Positions 62,134-64,000 of a DNA stretch of 64,000 bases are shown here, piece by piece. Positions within the stretch are counted from its first letter, which is position 1; the number at the start of each line of letters is the position of its first letter. The stretch is from assembly GCA_963663765.2 (NCBI GenBank), contig CAXXUA010000002.1:224001-288000 (forward strand). The letters run 5' to 3'. This stretch comes from Candidatus Poribacteria bacterium. Lineage in GTDB: Bacteria; Poribacteria; WGA-4E; WGA-3G. The translations under genes were made by a program, and so were the position numbers. Below the pieces are notes generated by a model that saw only the letters and a list, made by a program, of their open reading frames with translations, had not been told where the DNA came from and did not search any database.

Positions 62134-62871
62134 TCAAGATGTCTCTGCAGAATTAAATTTGACGATTTCTTTCCAAAGCATATTACCTTCACTATCGCAA
62201 AAATGTCCAATAAATTCAGAGGTAAACTTGTTGATGACTCTTCCATACTCTTGCACGAATTGCTCGTTTCTTTGTTTCGCTTGATGTCCCAAAGGTTCAA
62301 TGATATCGGTGTAAAGATTGACATCACCAGATATAAACTCCCAAAATTTTTGTCCGCAGAACTTCCAGTAATCTCCCTTATTGGGCTTTCCATCTTTTCC
62401 ATAGCAGCAACCGTTGACAGCATTCACATTTATCAAGGATGTACTATCACCAATGGTTTGCTTAGCTTTTTTGAAGTTAATGAGCATCTTTTTCTTTTGG
62501 TCACTGTTTCCCCAATTTGGTCCAGATTTTATTGATACAATGTATCTTGTGTTGTCTTTCTCAAATTCCAAGTCAATTCCCTCTGCTGCAGATTTCCGAC
62601 CACCATATACCCTTGAACAGATAAAAATGGCAAGATCCTCCAGAAACCCGCCAAAAATCGTTTCTTCTTGTGAAGACAACCGTGCATCCAGAATAGTTTT
62701 TACAAAGTCCGATGCAGTGATTATATTTTTCGCTTTGAATAAATAAGGATTCTTTTTTTTAACGACATCCAACAATTTTAGTTTTTGCAGATTTTCTAAT
62801 CTTCTCTGATGAAAGACTTGAATATTCGCTTCAACATAATCAGTGATCTCTTGTTGTGTAATGGGTTTCAT
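62134..62871 (-). CDS. Type II restriction endonuclease (EcoO109I/PmeII-like)
   Basis: KKNPYLF, SSQEETIFGGFLE, GIDLEF, SIKSGPNWGN; start MKPITQ overlaps the MTase 3' end. Confidence 0.8.
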   Translation of the reverse strand: MKPITQQEITDYVEANIQVFHQRRLENLQKLKLLDVVKKKNPYLFKAKNIITASDFVKTILDARLSSQEETIFGGFLEDLAIFICSRVYGGRKSAAEGIDLEFEKDNTRYIVSIKSGPNWGNSDQKKKMLINFKKAKQTIGDSTSLINVNAVNGCCYGKDGKPNKGDYWKFCGQKFWEFISGDVNLYTDIIEPLGHQAKQRNEQFVQEYGRVINKFTSEFIGHFCDSEGNMLWKEIVKFNSAETS

Positions 62872-63709
62872 ATTCAGACTCTTCAAATAACGTAAATTGT
62901 GTCGGTTTGATATTCTCTCTTGCAAGCTGATAATACTGAGGAAAGACTTCAATACCGACAGAGTTTCTTGATAGTTTTTGAGCAACCTGACATGTTGTCC
63001 CGGAACCTGCGAACGGATCAAGCACCCAATCATTCTCTTTTGTAAACAACTTAATAAACCATTCGGGTAGTGTTTTTGGGAAAACAGCACTATGTTGTCG
63101 GTTTCCTGTTTCTGTGGCTAAGTGCAATACATTTGTCGGATACGCCATTTTTCTGTCCAACCAGTTTGATACGTTTTTACCGAATCCACTGCCGACTTTT
63201 GATGTGTCCCGACTTTGGTCGGTCTTACTGAGGTTTTTTAGTCTTTTCTCCGCCCAATCTCCCATTGGTACCATTACAGTTTCTTGATACATGTTGAACT
63301 TTTTGGTTTTGTTAAACTGTATACATCTTTCCCATGCATCTCTGAATCGGTTTGGCCATTTACCGGGATAGCTGTTCTTTTTGTGCCAGATAAATTCTTC
63401 TGTCCACAACCATCCTTGTTTTTTCATTTCAAGTATCAACTCAATAACATAAGTATGCCGTTCTCCGTTAACGGCTTTCTCTTTAATGTTAAGAATGAAT
63501 GTTCCAGATGGTTTGAGAACTCTCAAAAGTTGTTCGGCGCGCGGCATAAACCAATTGACATATTCATCAGGTTTGATTCCTCCGTAGGTTTTCGATCTGC
63601 GGTCTGCGTAAGGGGGAGAGGTCATTATCAGGTCAAATGAATCGGTGTCATAATTGGTGAGTACTTCTAAACAATCTCCAAGAAAAAGGTTTGTCTTTAT
63701 TGACTTCAT
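62840..63709 (-). CDS. Beta-class amino-methyltransferase (SPPY, probably m4C)
   Basis: TSPPY, HSAVFP, LDPFAGSGTT. Confidence 0.9.
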   Translation of the reverse strand: MKSIKTNLFLGDCLEVLTNYDTDSFDLIMTSPPYADRRSKTYGGIKPDEYVNWFMPRAEQLLRVLKPSGTFILNIKEKAVNGERHTYVIELILEMKKQGWLWTEEFIWHKKNSYPGKWPNRFRDAWERCIQFNKTKKFNMYQETVMVPMGDWAEKRLKNLSKTDQSRDTSKVGSGFGKNVSNWLDRKMAYPTNVLHLATETGNRQHSAVFPKTLPEWFIKLFTKENDWVLDPFAGSGTTCQVAQKLSRNSVGIEVFPQYYQLARENIKPTQFTLFEESEYETHYTTRDH

Positions 63710-63833
63710 TGAACGATTTACCTACTAAATAATTGTTTTGGCAAGTAGCAAAGAAATCTACCAAAAGTACAAAGCGGATTCTATAAAAATAGTAACATAT
63801 TTGCTTCAAAAAGGTCAAGGAAAAGATTTTGAG

Positions 63834-64000
63834 GGGTATGTAAAGTTTTTGTAGAAATCTGATATTAAAAGAAGTCCGTCCAGTTTCTATCAAACTTGAC
63901 GATAGGGGACTGTGGACATCGTAGGGGTGGAGGTATCCTCGTCCGCGCAAAACTTCTGTTCGGGCGGGGATACGAAATGTCCTCATTGTGATAGCACGCA
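63834..64000. mobile_element. Partial A-family MITE (inverted homolog of the A1 right half, lacking D1)
   Basis: GGGTATGTAAAGTTTTTGTAGAAA...AAGTCCGTCCAG...GTAGGGG matches the reverse complement of about 16440-16706. Confidence 0.8.

Noticed and set aside
1-64000. tRNA, rRNA, prophage or autonomous transposase genes
   Set aside because: None recognisable by eye; a covariance-model scan would be needed to exclude small RNAs.

Overview
AT-rich bacterial chromosome segment. Gene content suggests a Candidatus Poribacteria-like sponge symbiont; this is an inference from the ECF-sigma/TM/beta-propeller fusion, three PhyH dioxygenases and creatininase. It carries housekeeping genes (queE, cca, scpAB, thrC, xylA, cstA, era, double-length uvrA, zapA, aroE, fused IOR, recN, nadK, ogt), a Type III R-M locus with two intercalated unknown genes and a coupled ABC-ATPase/TOPRIM gene, and a Type II R-M pair. 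Top finding: an archaeal-type geranylgeranyl reductase gene (30169..31362, truncated by the ORF track) has an in-frame TGA exactly at the conserved active-site Cys (PLR-TGA-AEG). A SECIS-like hairpin follows immediately and a ferredoxin gene lies directly upstream, making it a candidate selenocysteine-containing GGR. Second theme: the intergenic spaces hold nested miniature mobile elements. At least seven TIR types (most with readable target-site duplications) carry GTAG-type REP hairpins as cargo. One type inserts into REP hairpins and duplicates them (19-20 bp), and a TIR-less hairpin insert has one precise and one ragged junction.
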